A stretch of 64,000 nucleotides of DNA from Chrysomallon squamiferum (Eukaryota; Animalia; Mollusca). Of this stretch, positions 1-17,609 are shown piece by piece; positions within the stretch are counted from its first letter, which is position 1, and each line of letters starts with the position of its first letter. The stretch is from contig CM022670.1 of assembly GCA_012295275.1 (NCBI GenBank), forward strand, positions 22,196,001-22,260,000, written 5' to 3'. The translations under genes were made by a program, and so were the position numbers. The notes under the pieces are model-generated. The model was not told where the DNA came from, did no database searches, and saw only the letters and a list, made by a program, of their open reading frames with translations.

Positions 1-3000
1 TTGGACTCAAATATTTACATACTACAGGAAGGAAACATGATTTAAAACTAAATTCTCTTTCAGACTAAAAATAAAAGGAAAAAGACATAAAAAATGTTGT
101 GTTTATGGAAACATACGACAGAATAATCTACAAAGTCTGTTAACTTCCTTAAAGATTTCAAGGAAGAAAAATAAAAGGAACAAAGAAATAAAAAGGGGTG
201 AGAAAAAAACAACCCCAAAACCTTCAAGAGTTTGCTGCAGCATGCACCAAAAATGTAACCCACAAAAGAGAGAAAAAAGAAAAAAAGAAAAAAAAAAAGT
301 CTCCCTCAGCAGTCAAGCAGAATAATTCACAATATGCATGATGTCTTCTTAGAAAGGAAATAAGTGACAAAATAAATTTATGGACTATAATTATGTATCA
401 TTCTCTATGCATGGTTGGTTTTTATAGCCTGGTCTAGTTCAAAGTGGGATGGTATGAAATAGCTTGCATGGAGATGCTGAAGTAATTAGATGGAGGTAAA
501 AAGATACAGTGCTGCAAACATTAAGGCCATAATATCAGGATAACTACACAAAGCAATGTCTCAAGTATGTGGGAAAATACTTAAATATTAGAGTAGGCTC
601 CAGCCAGTCTACAGTTATGAAGACCCTATCAATAACTTTAAAAGCAGCCATTTCTGGATGCACAAATTTCTGGCAGCAACTCAAAGATATACACTAGTTC
701 AAACATTTAAGATAGGCATAAACCAAAGTTTTGGCTCTGAATTGTAAGTTTGAAAATTTTACACTAAAAATATATACCCCAAAACCCCCAAAACACAATA
801 GTAAATATTTTGCAAACTAATGTCACAGGTGCTATTTGGAAAACAAAATGTGTTATCATTTCTAACAAATATTATCAAAGGGGGTGGTTTATACTTTATT
901 TATTTATTTATTTATACTTTATTTATTTTGTTTGTTTGTTTGTTTGTTTTAAATTATAATATTTTTTTTTTTTTAAAAACAACATTGTATTTAAAATATA
1001 AACATTTATTTTAGAATCAAGTTAAACCTATCATTCACACAGATCAGATCCAAAACAATTTTGTTATTCATACATTTGTGCAGTATCATTTAGTCTTAGT
1101 AAAATGAAAACCTGTCTTATGATGACAAGATTTGTGAGAGGTTAGTAGGTTTACAAGAACTTAAAAGACAACAAAACATCTACGAAGTAAGACATGAGGT
1201 GTGAGTAAATAAAATAGGAAAAAAATAATAATAATAAAAAAAAAATGTATTGTGTGTATATCAATGTGTATAAAAAAGTCAAGAAACTAACAGAAATAAA
1301 ATAATGCAACATAATTTTTTTTTAAAAATGAAAGAAAAAAAGAAAAACCACTTGAATTTAAACAGTAGAAATTACTATATCAGCGTTTTTTTAAAATTAA
1401 GTTGTTAAACTGAAGAGTATGTACTTCAGTATAATTATACAAATTTATTTATTTTATTAATACAGTTACAGCCATAAAACAATCGCAATAAATTATATTA
1501 CTTATTATTATGTAACACCCAAACAAGGCCTTTTGCAATGAACTGACAACCTGAATGATGTTACACAAAATCAACCTTTGTAGACCTCAACCAGTTTTAG
1601 TTTCAGTGTTATTCCTTGAATATTTGTGACAAAACTGGGGGATTAACTTTTGACATACATGACATCTGAACATAAACTAGTTTCAAAACCACCACAACAC
1701 AGTAATATTCTCCATAATATTCACAACCAGAAATGGTCAGTATACACTATTACTTAGCCATAAAAAATTATTTTACCTAGAACATATTTATCAGAATTAA
1801 CATTTTAAATTTAATAAGAAGAATAAAATATTTTTAATAATTTGTTTATAATTTGTAATTATGAATATATATATACATTTATATACACTTTCTAATTCCT
1901 GTCAGTGTTCTTTTTATAAAAAGAAACATAACTGAGTTTACATAAAATATCCTCCACACAGAAAAATAAAAATAATAAATAAATAAACAAATAAATAAAT
2001 ATTAATCCAGATACAATGCTAATTTTAATTAAACTAAATCAATAAATTTCATTCATAATAAAATAAATGATGAAAGAAGAGATAAAAAAGAAGAAAAACA
2101 TCAAAAATGCTGCATTATAACTCTGTAAATTTTTTAAAAGGAAGCTGCTAATTTCACAACTGTCTTTTCATTCCATGTGTCATCTGGTCATAAATCTAGA
2201 CATGAAAGTCAAGCTTTTTTCAATGCCTAGCACACAATTTTCACAACCAGTGTTTTCAAGCATTACTTTTAAGAGAAACTGGCCAAATGATCTAGAAGTT
2301 ACCACACCACACCAAAGATCAGTGAGGCTTTTATCATCAACAAGAATGGTGAGACATTCGGGCTATCCCAATTTTTTCTTTGAAAAGCAATGTGTCTGAA
2401 TCTATATGATAGCTAGGCTTTCTTCTTCTTTTTGCTAATTTTTTATTTTTATATAAAGGGGGTTTGGTGTTGGAAAGAATCGTATGATTAAAGCCTATCC
2501 GACAGAAAGTGCTAAATGGATCGTAACTATTTAACTAGCTTCGCAGAACAGCGTCAAGGCTGAGTTGACAATGAAATGCCCACCTATTCATGTTCTTTCA
2601 AATGACACTAATTCAGTCAGTGTGCTGGCACACTGGCCATGCAAAAGGCCCTCAGGTTATAAACACTGCTTCTTTTCTTCCTGAGAAGATCAATGAAACT
2701 GAGAACAATAGAGTATTGGGCTGCTAGTGCCTCCAACACCTGAATGAATGGGGCCCACATAAGGACAACACCACTTGTAATTAACTTAGTGAAATAAATT
2801 GAAGAACTGGTTATTGTTTCGAAAGGTTTCAAAATATAAAAAATAAATAAAATTTATCAATTTAAACTTTTTTGAAAAATCATTCAGCACTGCTTTTTAT
2901 TTCTTCTCTTCATGTTTTTTTCATTTTTAAATCATATTTAACCTCACTCACACAAGGCCTCAAATAAGGGAGTTCAACACAAAAGGATAAATTCATACAA

Positions 3001-6000
3001 GTCATGAAATAAACACCAGTGTTTTCTGCTTAGAAGATACAACAGTAAACTTTCAACACTTGTCATTGCTGTTATCTGATTAACATGAACTTATTTAGCA
3101 CAGTGTCTAGCAGATCAAAATTACCATTTTAACTAAAACAAATGAATATCAAAAGATGTTTTTAAAATTGCTGTCTGATAATATTATTGTGAAGATAATT
3201 ATAACAAACCAAACAATAAATAAAATTTAAAAAATACTGTCCAGATGCACACTGCAAAATGATCAACAAACAAGTGCTTACCGGTGTGAAAGAAAAACAT
3301 TTTAGAAAATTCTGTTTTAGTTTATTTATTTTCCTTTGTTTAAGTTTTAATTATAGAGTAGGATTTTCTTTTTTCAGACTCAATAGTTACTTATAATAAT
3401 AGTAATGTAAGTAGTAGTAATAATAAAAATAAAATCTAAAGATTTTTATATATTTATATTAAACCAGCTTTCTACAAACAGTTACAAAATGCATAAACAT
3501 CCATAAAAAACAGTAAATCACCTCAAACAGCAGTTGTTACATAACAACACAAAACAGGCAGCTACATGAAGCTTTTATCATCAGTAATAGGGACACCAAT
3601 GGGCTCAATGACCCATATCAAGTTAATGAAAATTCACAAACTTGCTAAAAAGAACTCACTTTTTTAAAATTCTTTCCTGAACAAAAGATTTAAAATATAA
3701 AAAGAGAACAACAATCAAATTTTTAGAAAGGAATAAAGTAATTACAAAATTTACAGCAAGTTTTAAATTAGTAGTATTAGTAGTAGTATAATTAATATAA
3801 AAATTAAAATTGAAACACTTTCAAAATAAATTTTTGCTTCTGAACTAAATAATAATATATTGAGAATCAGTTATTTTAGACAATGGAACAGTTTGCTAAA
3901 ATTTTCATCAACAGAATAGTATTTATTCTGAATTTTCAAGTAAAAAGCAATGAATGCCAGTTAATCTCTACCACACACAGGATTATACATCATGATACAG
4001 AGATACACTACCATATCACTACAATTATCATATCTTGAATGACCACTACACAAGTATCAAACTGAATAAAGTTTAACCTGTTTGAAAATAATGTGTTTTT
4101 ACTAAACTGATGCATAATCATTTGTTTAGCAAAATGAATGGTAGAAGTGAAATTTATAGCAGGAAGTCATTTAAATTATTTTTTTTGAGAAAGTCATATA
4201 TTATTACTAATGTTTTTTCTTTTGTTTAGTTTTTTGTCCTTACATTTTGTTTTATGTTTCTGTTTGGTGAGGGAACATTTGTTTTTCTTGTATTTTTCTT
4301 TTAGTTTTATTTGTTTCTTTTATAAAGGTTATTTTTCTTTTAAAACAGTTTTTTTTATTTTTTTTTTATTTTTAAAAATCCAACTTAATGTTTCAAACCA
4401 CCTTTTGTTAAGTAATCATTTTTAGCAGCCACAAAAATTAATGATCAAATATAGTCTGAATTTAAAATTTACTTATACAAATAACAAAAGAATATTAATT
4501 GAACTCAATGTATATAATTGCTAAATAAGATTTTTAATAAGACGTTAATAGACTTTAGTAAGATGCAAAAACAGTTCTAATAAGTTAGACACGCATTGTT
4601 AGATTCCTTTGATGTTTTATTTCTCAGTATTATGATGCATATTCCATAGTCAAATTATTTTTTCTAAAATATGTGTGCAACACAGATACATATTTGGCAA
4701 TACTTTATAAATATGTAGATACAGTTTCTAATTTAAAGGAAGACTGATCAAAGTAACTGCACCCAAAACAAATAGTATAAGGATCTAGTTATTGGCTAGT
4801 TTGGGTTCTGTCTTCAAAGCGACCGGATAGCTAAGCTTCTATAAACACTAAGAAAGGCAGGGGAAGTCAGACTGTGCAAAGCAAATATGCGATGGATGAT
4901 TGGGTTGCCTAAGGCCATAAATCTGTGACCTTCCTTTTGTGAAAATACTAACCACCCTTAAAACAAATGGAAGAAGCGCTCAAGAACAAATGGAGACAAT
5001 CAGGACTTGATTATGCATATACATCTATTTAGTGCCCTCTTCATCATGACACTAGTTTGTTTTTAAAACTTAAAAACTGCACTACTCTGTTTTTGAATAA
5101 CTGTATAACATGATTAAAATATAATAATAAAAATAATAAAAAATGTCACTGAAATATTTGTAAATAATTAATGTATTTTTGCTAAATCCATGAACAGATC
5201 CAGTTGTTCAGAAGATTCACACTCAAGTACCGATGAAGATTCCAAAAAAAAGAGTAGCGATTGAGATGCAAAGAATGATAAAAATACTGCAAATAATTAT
5301 CAGAGAAGTTATGCAGAACCTGTTGTATTCATCACTTACTGCTGAAAGAAATTACACATGAAAGATGACAAGTGTGAAGCTCTGTGAATCATTCAGTTTT
5401 CTTTTAACAGCAAGTAACATAAACTGGAGATGTAATATGTAATGAAGACTTCAAATTGTAATACAAATATTTTTCTGACATAATCTAAGGAATGAATTCA
5501 GTAGCATATATTTACACATCTGTGAAATTACAGGAAATTTGACTGTTTGGATTTATTAACAATTTTGCAATAACTGGTTTTATGAAATAACAAAGATTTT
5601 TATTTCTTCTTCTTATTATTGTTTAAAATCAACACTAAACCATTGTACATAATAAACAAATTATCATTACATTTATCAATGGAGACAAAATAAGAATATC
5701 CTTTCAGTATTTTACAAACTGATATAATGCAATTATGCCACTTCTTCATCTTGTCAATAACTTAGGTGCATTGTGATAGTTAAAAATATGGTCATTCAAC
5801 TCATTGCTATTTTAACCTTACCCCCTCCTTTAATCAAATGCAATATTTGTGTGTATTAATTTAAAAGCTAAAAACAAAATAAATGACTAATCATTTAATG
5901 TGTAATTATTCAATTTCATTTAATCAAAATATATAGGAGATAAAAATGTTAACTTTATCAGTTTATGCTGAAATATTATTTATTTTATTTCTGGTTTTTA

Positions 6001-6308
6001 TAATGAAAATTCTTTCACTTAGAATGAACATCTAAAATAAATTTAAATACTAAACTTAAAAATTTACTGTTCAAGATAATTTTAAATAATTTACGATTTA
6101 TATAAGTTTCTTTACATTTTGTTTGGGGTTTTTTAAATTTGAACAGCTTAATAATAAAATTGTTAATTACATTTAATCGAAACGTGTATCTTTTTCATTA
6201 CACCAAGTTTTTAATTTGTTTATCTATAAGTTTAGAAATATAATATATTCTGATTAATAATTCAACAGATTTTCTGGAATTTGTTTAAAAGACAAATTAT
6301 ATTCTAAC

Positions 6309-6671
6309 CTGCATCTTGGTGATACCAATTTCATCATTTGTTATCCAACGCAGTCCAGCTGAAAGTCTTTCCGATTCTGTTTGTATCACAATTCCACCTA
6401 ACTGTTTTGGACTCACAGCTTCTTGTCTATTATCTGTCAAATATCCTTCATGAAGTTCATCTGCAATATCCACTGTTTGTCTTTGATGCTTTAACCCAAT
6501 ATTTCGAAGTTTTATTCTTTCCGATGCAGCACCTGATTTACCAATCCAATTGTGCTCATCCTGAACAACACATATGAACAAGTTAAACAATAGCAATACT
6601 AAGAAAAAATATGAAAATGGTTCCTTTCCTCGATTAAATTTTGTTGACCAACAAGCTCGATCGGGCGCCAT
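6309..6671 (-). CDS. CACHD1: First coding exon of VWFA and cache domain-containing protein 1 (CACHD1-like); no further exons identified in the window
   Basis: ATG at 6671 gives MAPDRACW..., then a hydrophobic signal/anchor segment (FSYFFLVLLLFNLFICVV). The exon ends ...IQTESERLSAGLRWITNDEIGITKMQ|gttag (phase-0 donor after 6309), matching the recalled human CACHD1 segment SILDEAQVLASQMRRLAAEELGVVTMQ. UBE2U, its human neighbour, lies upstream on the same strand. Confidence 0.72.
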
Positions 6672-7302
6672 GTTGAACACTCTATGACTGAGCCACACAG
6701 GATGACAATCAACATAAAGATTCCACTCGATTCAGTTTTCTTACCTCAGTCGCCGAATTTTAGGCAATTGCAACAATAGTCTGTCGAGGCGTCTGCAAAC
6801 GTGCAAAGGAAAATACGTCTGCAAACCCGTCATATTTTTCAACAGACTTCACAGATTGCAAGAGTTCACATTCCGAATGAGTTAACCACAACATCAAGCG
6901 ATGAATGGTAATGCACAAAGCTAGGCGTTAACTGAGCTCCTTCAGTTTCGTATGTAGGATTTTTTTTTTTTTTTAATTTTAATTTTTTTTTTTTTTTTTT
7001 TTCATTATTATTATTGGCTGTCAGTTATTCTAGTTTAATGCATATTACTGTTCAAGGACCATTAACTTTTAAAATAAATGTTGAAATGTTATTTGGGTTT
7101 ATTATTTATATAATCTAACATGAACAAGTGTACAATTTAATCACTTTATAAAGAAAAAAAATCATCATGAATGAAATGTAAAATAATTAATAATTAATAA
7201 ATACTACTAATAACGTACGCAGCAAATATAATACAACATATATTATTTTATTTTACTTTTGTAATAATCGTATGTGAGGCTAAATATTCGTTACCAACTA
7301 AA
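6672..7302. promoter_or_regulatory. Bidirectional promoter region between CACHD1 (-) and FDX2 (+)
   Basis: Divergent start codons about 630 bp apart. CpG-rich relative to the flanks, with CGTCTGCAAAC repeated at about 6790 and 6816. Confidence 0.55.
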
Positions 7303-10435
<3,133 letters not shown>

Positions 10436-12601
10436 CTCTATTTATTATTTTCACTGTTTTTGTGTTAAATATTCACTTTGTTGCTGATTTGCTGTTGGAG
10501 GGTATTATTTTCCAAATTACTTTTGTGATAAGACATTTTAAATTGAAGATATTATCGCACTGCCATTAGACAAGTGCAATTATTTGCCACCATTGTCAGG
10601 TACTTTTTTCTACAATTCATGTTATTTTTTTCTTTGTGGATTTAATCCAGAAGAATATTTATTACTATTATCAACATTTATAAGTATATTTTTAAGTAGT
10701 AATGTTTGAAAAACACCAGAAATCAGTGGAACTGCTCAGTATTTTATTTTTATTATTTAATTTTTTGTTACATATCATTTTATTACAGTCTTAAGTTTTG
10801 ATGACTTTAGGAATATAAAAAGAAATGTTCAGCATCTGACTTTATTTTCTGGGATGGAGTGTGTATTTTTAAAATATAACTGAACAACACTTATAAATAT
10901 TATGGATAAAAATATATGCATTTGAGAATGCATTTAAGACATAAATTAAAAAATTATAATTTTACAAATGAAACTGAATAATGTATTTCTTAGTATTTCA
11001 TAAGTGAAAATTTAAAATTTTTGGATATTAGTAAATCCTGTTTTCTATTGACATTAGAAACATTTACAGTTTATAACCTTAATAAGAGATCTGATTAATG
11101 TTATACCAAATTAAACGCACAAGTTTTCCTGTTAAATTAACAAAAGAATACTCATTTATATGACATTTGTCATCTTCACACATTCTGACAGTTTTTACCT
11201 AACACTACATTAAACTAACAAGCAAGTTTTTTCAACAATAAAATTATATCTTGAAGTAAAAATTATAATATGTAAAAATTTAAAGAAAAACTAATGCAAA
11301 TTAAATTGAAGATTCTGATTTATATTTGCTGTCTGCTTGATAACATCTCTGTATATTTTTTTTACTGGTTTTTATTTTTGCACTGTTCATGTTTGTTTTT
11401 TTTTGTTTTTTTTTAACAATTATGTTTCAATTTGATATATTTTATTTTTTTAAATAATTCCTTTTTTCCTCATTTCATTGTTAGTGTTTTATTAACAACT
11501 GCTGATCTACTTAATTCAAAAATTACCTTTGACAATCAAATGTGAGACAATAATAGATGTTATGATAAAATTATTCTGTGATGGAAGAGAAACTGTATTA
11601 TTAACTAAAGAATTACTTTATTTTTTACTGTTATTTTGGTGGAAGTTTACATGTACTTGTGTAACTGTGTTTTCAATTTAGCATTTAGTAAGATGAATTT
11701 GCTGAAATTAACATTAAATAATTTCAAAAAGAAATAGATTTTCTTGAATGTTTTTTTTTTTTTTTTTTTTTTTTTAAATGTTTTTTCTTTGTTAAATAAC
11801 AGTCTTTGAAAAGAAGTTGGAAAAAAAATCAAATTTTACTTCAAAAAGCCCACTATACAAATTTCTTGGCAGTTTCATTTAAGTAGGTCATGGCTTTTAA
11901 AGCCCTTGGAAAATAATTATTGAAAAGATGTTTTAGCATTCATCATACAGAATTGTCACAGAGTTTTGAACCAAACAAATTTGCTCATAACACATTCTTT
12001 ATTTTAGAATTTAAACATATAATAATGAATAAATATTCATTTTCTGAATTATAAAACATGCTATACATTTTATTTGGAGAAGAAAAAAAGAATATCTTTC
12101 AATGATGTAAATATTTTAATTTTTACTAATTATAAAAATAAGTTTATAAATTAACACATATTTTGGCATTATTGAAGCCCATTAAAAGTATTTACAGGTA
12201 TGTTAAATAATGACTTACAAATGAGTTATACAAAAACACGATTAGTTTAATATACTAGTAGAAAAAACTGGAAAAAGAATAAAATGATTAATAATCAGCT
12301 GGTCACTGGTGGATACTGATATTAAAACATAATTAAACATTAAAACTATATCTAGGTATTTCCAAATATTTAGTTTTACTGATTTTTACAATGTTTCAGA
12401 AATATAAAATGTATACATTTTAATTTTATGTTCCTAGATTCAAACAGTTCATATAATGTTTATCTTACAATAAATTACAAAATTTTTAACTCAAGTATTT
12501 CACATACGTTTTATTATAATCTAATTTAAAAATGTTAGACATATTTCATATTTTTTACAGTTTTAAAACAAATTAAAATGTTTCTTTTTTTCTTCACAAA
12601 A

Positions 12602-15600
12602 TTAAGTATCAATTGCATTCATATCCAGATTGTTTGTCCAAGCGACAAGATCATCAACTTCTTTTTCCCACATTTCATCTTTGCCAGCATTAATGGCTGG
12701 CAGTGCTCCTTCAAGTTCAATATCTTGTTGCATAGGGGCTAAAATAAAAACAAATTTATAAATAATAATACTGAGTTACACAGAAATTAAAACAACATTT
12801 TTGAAGTGAATTTACTACCATGCTTTATTGATTAGTACCATCATGCTAATATTTTTTTTTTTAAAGAAAGAATTTTTAAAAATTAAATTATTAGATATTG
12901 TATAAATTTACTGAAATAATAAGAAGAAATGTTTATTAACCAAGAGAAATTTGTGTGAAACCAGCATTTATCATCAGAAAAAAAGAAAAAGAAAAAAAAG
13001 AAATATATATTCAACAAAAAAAAATTATAAAACTTACTGGTTGCAATTCTTGGAGGTAAGTATATTTTTCTCATTTTCTGAAGTTTGTCCATCTTTTTTG
13101 CTTTTTCATCTGCAGATGTATCTTTAAGTCGCCCATAAATAAGTTCTGCACTACTATAAAACAAAAACATCTGTGTCAGCAAAAACCACAAGATATTAAA
13201 AAAAATTATTACTGAGTATTAAAACATCTAAAATGCTAGTCAGTAATATTAATCATTCCATTAAAAATAACTGTAAATTATTTTGAAATATTTCACATGT
13301 GGATCTGTAAAACTCTGCAAAATGCTAATAAATTTTTTGATTTGCCCAGTTTCATTGTTTAATATATCATTATTCAGAAAACTAAACAGCATAAACTTAA
13401 TATTAAAATAGATGTTACAAGGATAAGTATGCAATTAATTCTTTTTTTTCCTACACAATTTAAAAAATGGTCCCCACAGCTAAGTGTTTTCCTTTAAGAT
13501 CTCTTTAAACTTTAAAAAAATAATCCATTTTATTAATATGAAGAATAAAGGGAGATAATAAATATATATACTCTATCATTTTTTTCTGAAACTGCTGTTC
13601 AAGGTCTTCATAGGACAAACCATGATGAATTCTCTGTAGTTCTGGATCATTCTTGATTTGCTCCAACACTATAAACAGAAACATTTTAAATGAATACAAT
13701 AATATGTTTTATTTTATTAATTTCCAGACTTATTTTTTTTATTTTCCATACAAATAATATTAACTCAATATATATTCACTTCTTACATGAAAGTTTAATT
13801 CTAACAATAATATACTAGACTGTGACTTAAGAAATATCTTCTAAAAATATTATGTAAATATTTTGGCAAAAATTGTTTTACACATTTGACATTTAAATAC
13901 TTTTTAATGTTTGCATTGGTTAAATAAAAAAAAGTTGTATTTCTAATTATGATTCTGAAAACATACTGCTGCAAATTCATTATTCAATTTATAAATTGTA
14001 TCTATTAAACCAGAAATAAATAAAACATATCAAAATGATTACTGTAATCTGTTTGCATCCATCTAAAATCTATAAGATTAGGTCAGAATCATTTTATTCA
14101 CCTCTATTTGTTATAGAGCAATGAAATATGAAATAGACCTAAAGGAGAGAAATCAATTGTTTGTTGGGGTTTTTCAGTTTTTTTTACAAATATCAAAATA
14201 CCAAAATAATTTGTAAAAATTCTTCTGAGATTCAGAAATTTAAAAAACAAATTCATATGAAAAAGAAAAAACATTTGAAATATCGCAATAAAAAATAATT
14301 TATAAAAATATATATATATTTACAAGGATTTTTAGAATCTGTTTGTGACTTGGATGTAGCTATTCCACACCAGGTGACAAAATAATCATCAAAATTTATC
14401 TTGGTGATTTTCTGTTTAACAGGTTGAGTCTGAGGAGTCTCGGGCACTGCCGGTTTTTCTATCTCAGGAGAAAACATAACTGTTGGCTTTGTACTTGAAT
14501 GTGGAGCAAGACCAGCTGAAAATGAAATAACACTTCATAAAGCAAACAAACCATTCTCTTTATTATAAACCGAATTTATTTTAATTGTTTATCTATTATT
14601 TGATTGTTGTTATTTTTAAAAATAATCCTTCTAAAGTTTTGTCTCGAAACCGTAATAATCTGAAATCTATAATTTGGAGTCTATTTGTTTACATTCATTT
14701 TACAGAGGATTTTGTTCCAAAATTTTCAAAGAAAAGAAAAAGAAACTATTGATTATAAAAGAATGAAACCAGGTTGAAATGGTCAGTTTTTCTGGAGTTT
14801 ATGCTAGACTTCCTTCTTAATTAGAGGTGTTGTTAAACATTCATTCATTCATTGATTCTTAATAAAATAGAAAATATTGCATTTTATTGGATAATACTTT
14901 CAGAATTAAACAGGTTTTAAAGTAGGAAAATTGAAAAATTGCAAAACTGTTAATTCTAGTATCACTGCTTCATACCATCAAAACAATTGTGACAAATTTA
15001 TCTAAAATTTAAAAATTATTTTTACATACCTTCAACCTTTTTACTTGCAGCAACACATTCAAACACCACTTGTTTATAGATTTTAGGTAAACGCCCTATT
15101 AACTCTGCTGCCTCAACATTTACCACATTTTCAAGATTTGGACTGCTCAGCATGGTCTATAAATACACACAAATATTCATTAACAATAACAACAAATGTT
15201 AAAGAATCTAGCTTTTAGTTTAATTTTATAACTAAATAAAGACATATTTATTTTACTGACATCAAAATGATTGCTTACATTACTATAGTATTACCATTTT
15301 AAATTTTCAGAACATGCTGAAATTACTCAGACTGGCCACTAATAGAGCTTTGTTCTGATGTTTTTTCCATATAATTTCATTATGGTATTTTTCTGTTTGG
15401 TTTCTAAAAGTCATCATTACCTTTTTCACTTTATATACATTTTTTTATTGCTCTTCATATAGTAAACATTTTATCTGTAATGTTATTTCTATATATTTAT
15501 ATAATAAAATAATCCTTCATATTATTAATATATCCATATTTATTACAGTTAAAATAACTCTTCATCATTTGATAGTTGAATAAGTGACAATTTCATCAAG

Positions 15601-17609
15601 TTAATTATTGAACAATGTAACAGTGATAAATTTTGCAAAGAAATAAATTTCTTCATTAATTTTCAAATCTAACCTGAATTGTAAGCAATATCATGGAAAT
15701 CTGATATGATTCATTCCACTCTTCTAAATTATCCAAGAAATCAATGCACGGTCGCCCAGTTACCATATCAACTAAAATCAAAAATAAATATTTGACAAAC
15801 CAAAAAATTATGTATAAACATAAACCTACATTAACATTAGATAACTACTTCTGTATTTGCTATTCCAAATCAGTATGGAGTTATGATGTTGTCATATCTT
15901 TATAGAGATATTAAGTATCATCCCATTTGTCACACACATTATAACAACACAGGTCATGGCTGAGTGACCTGCTAATCATATGCTTTCTAGCTATCATGCA
16001 ATAATGGACTCATCTTTCCTGTTGTTACATAGTTATTAAATAAGTAAACCTCTATTAACAGTTAAGAAACAAGAACAGAAATATATATTCACATCTGCTT
16101 ATTATACAGGGTCATTCAAAAGACCTGCTACACTTTTAAATTTTAATTAAATGAAAACGGCTTTACAGATTTGAACAAAATTAGTCGTGAACTTTCTATA
16201 CTCTGCTACAATTTGTCCCATAACGAAATAAATCCCTCTTTTTCTGTTTTCTTAGGCTCAGGAGACTTCAACATGAGTTTTTTCAAGACACAAATCTGGT
16301 GTCATATCTGGAGAATATGGCATTCACTCCAGAGGTCCTCAACGAAATACCCATCTATCAGGGAACTTGTGATTCAAGAAACTGCGAATTGCTTTAGCAT
16401 AATGTGATTGTTTTTTCCAACAAGATGATGGTCCTCCACATGTAGTGGGACTTTCGAATGATCCTGTATTATATCATATTATGTATGTCTGAATGATATA
16501 TAGCACTAGGTATGTATTACATTGTTACAGTGCACATCAGCATATAAATGTGTTTAGCCAAATTCAGCAGGTGACAGTTCCACTAATATTTTAGGGATAC
16601 GCTTAATTAGTCCAATACTTAAAAACAAAACTTTTGAAAATAAATTAATTTCTAATATTTCAATGAATTACTTACTGTTTGGATGAAATGGTACTGTATG
16701 GAAACATATTTCTGGAGGACGGATATTGTAATGTTCATCAAATTTTATGTATAAATGAAATATTCCTCCTGTAAATGAAAAACAATTTAAAAGTAAGATG
16801 AAAATAAGATGAAAATTTATTTTAATTCTGCTATGTAAAATGTACTGAGATAAAAAATGATGTTTTGTGTTAAATGATATCAACAATAGGTGTAATTTTA
16901 TTTTTTTTAATTTGTGTTACATTTTTCTCTACTTCAACCACAGTTAGTGATATTAATGAACATATGTTATTCCAAACAGACTTACTCCTAGTTTTGCCTC
17001 ACATTGTAACTTTATTAATACACCTGTGAATAACCATTTATCAGCTATAAAATAAAAGCCACTATAAAATATTTTTGGATTACCTGTGTAATGATTATAT
17101 AAAAAGTATTAACAAAGTATTTTAATTTTTTTAAGAAAATAAAAAACAACAACAATCAAATATAATAATAATTGGTATAAAACAAAACTTCAAAAATATG
17201 TATACCTTCCCAAATGGTGTCTTGAAGACCACAGATTTTTGCTGACCATTCAAATACATTGCTGTCTGTCAGTGGACAAGCTTCAATACCCTAAAATAAC
17301 AATGTTTTATATTCCTGCTAGTCATTCGAAATGCATTATTGTTTACAGAAAATAAACAAATATATATATTATGTAATAACTGCTAAAGATTTTGTACAAA
17401 AAACAGACAACATTACTTACAGTGTTTATATCAGAAGAAGTAATCAGTAGTTTTTACAAAGTGTAAAACAACTGTTAATGTATTTTTAGTTTAAGTTATA
17501 GGTCCCGGTCTTATTTTAAGTAATTAAAAAAGTAACAACAAACCCATGGACAGTCTTTCTGTAATCTTTCATATTCTCTTACAATTAGTAAGTGTGCTCT
17601 GGAAAACAT
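12602..17609 (-). CDS. UBE2U: Ubiquitin-conjugating enzyme E2 U-like, about 336 aa, 9 coding exons
   Basis: Exons 17609-17544, 17290-17206, 16768-16676, 15771-15674, 15156-15030, 14515-14324, 13668-13572, 13153-13038, 12738-12602; total 1011 nt. MFSRAHLLIVREY...WEGGIFHLYIKFDEHYNIRPPEICFHTVPFHPNIDMVTGRPCIDFLDNLEEW contains the HPN motif and catalytic Cys. The C-terminal extension has FDDYFVTWCGIATS and WEKEVDDLVAWTNNLD, which resemble long UBE2U forms. Confidence 0.9.
16107..16466 (+). mobile_element. Internally deleted Tc1/mariner-superfamily transposon (360 bp) in UBE2U intron 3
   Basis: TA flanks at 16105-06 and 16467-68. TIRs CAGGGTCATTCAAAAGACC and (reverse complement) CAGGATCATTCGAAAGTCC. 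An internal relic TTCCAACAAGATGATGGTCCTCCACAT translates as FQQDDGPPH, resembling the FQQDGAPPH second-Asp motif of mariner/Tc-type transposases. Confidence 0.8.

Noticed and set aside
2170-2830. Higher-complexity patch with short ORFs in CACHD1 intron 1
   Set aside because: No CACHD1-like translation with splice sites and no recognisable domain. It may be an old repeat, but I could not classify it.
4780-5420. Possible LINE or coding relic
   Set aside because: Only vague resemblance; no motif, TSD or open frame that I can support.
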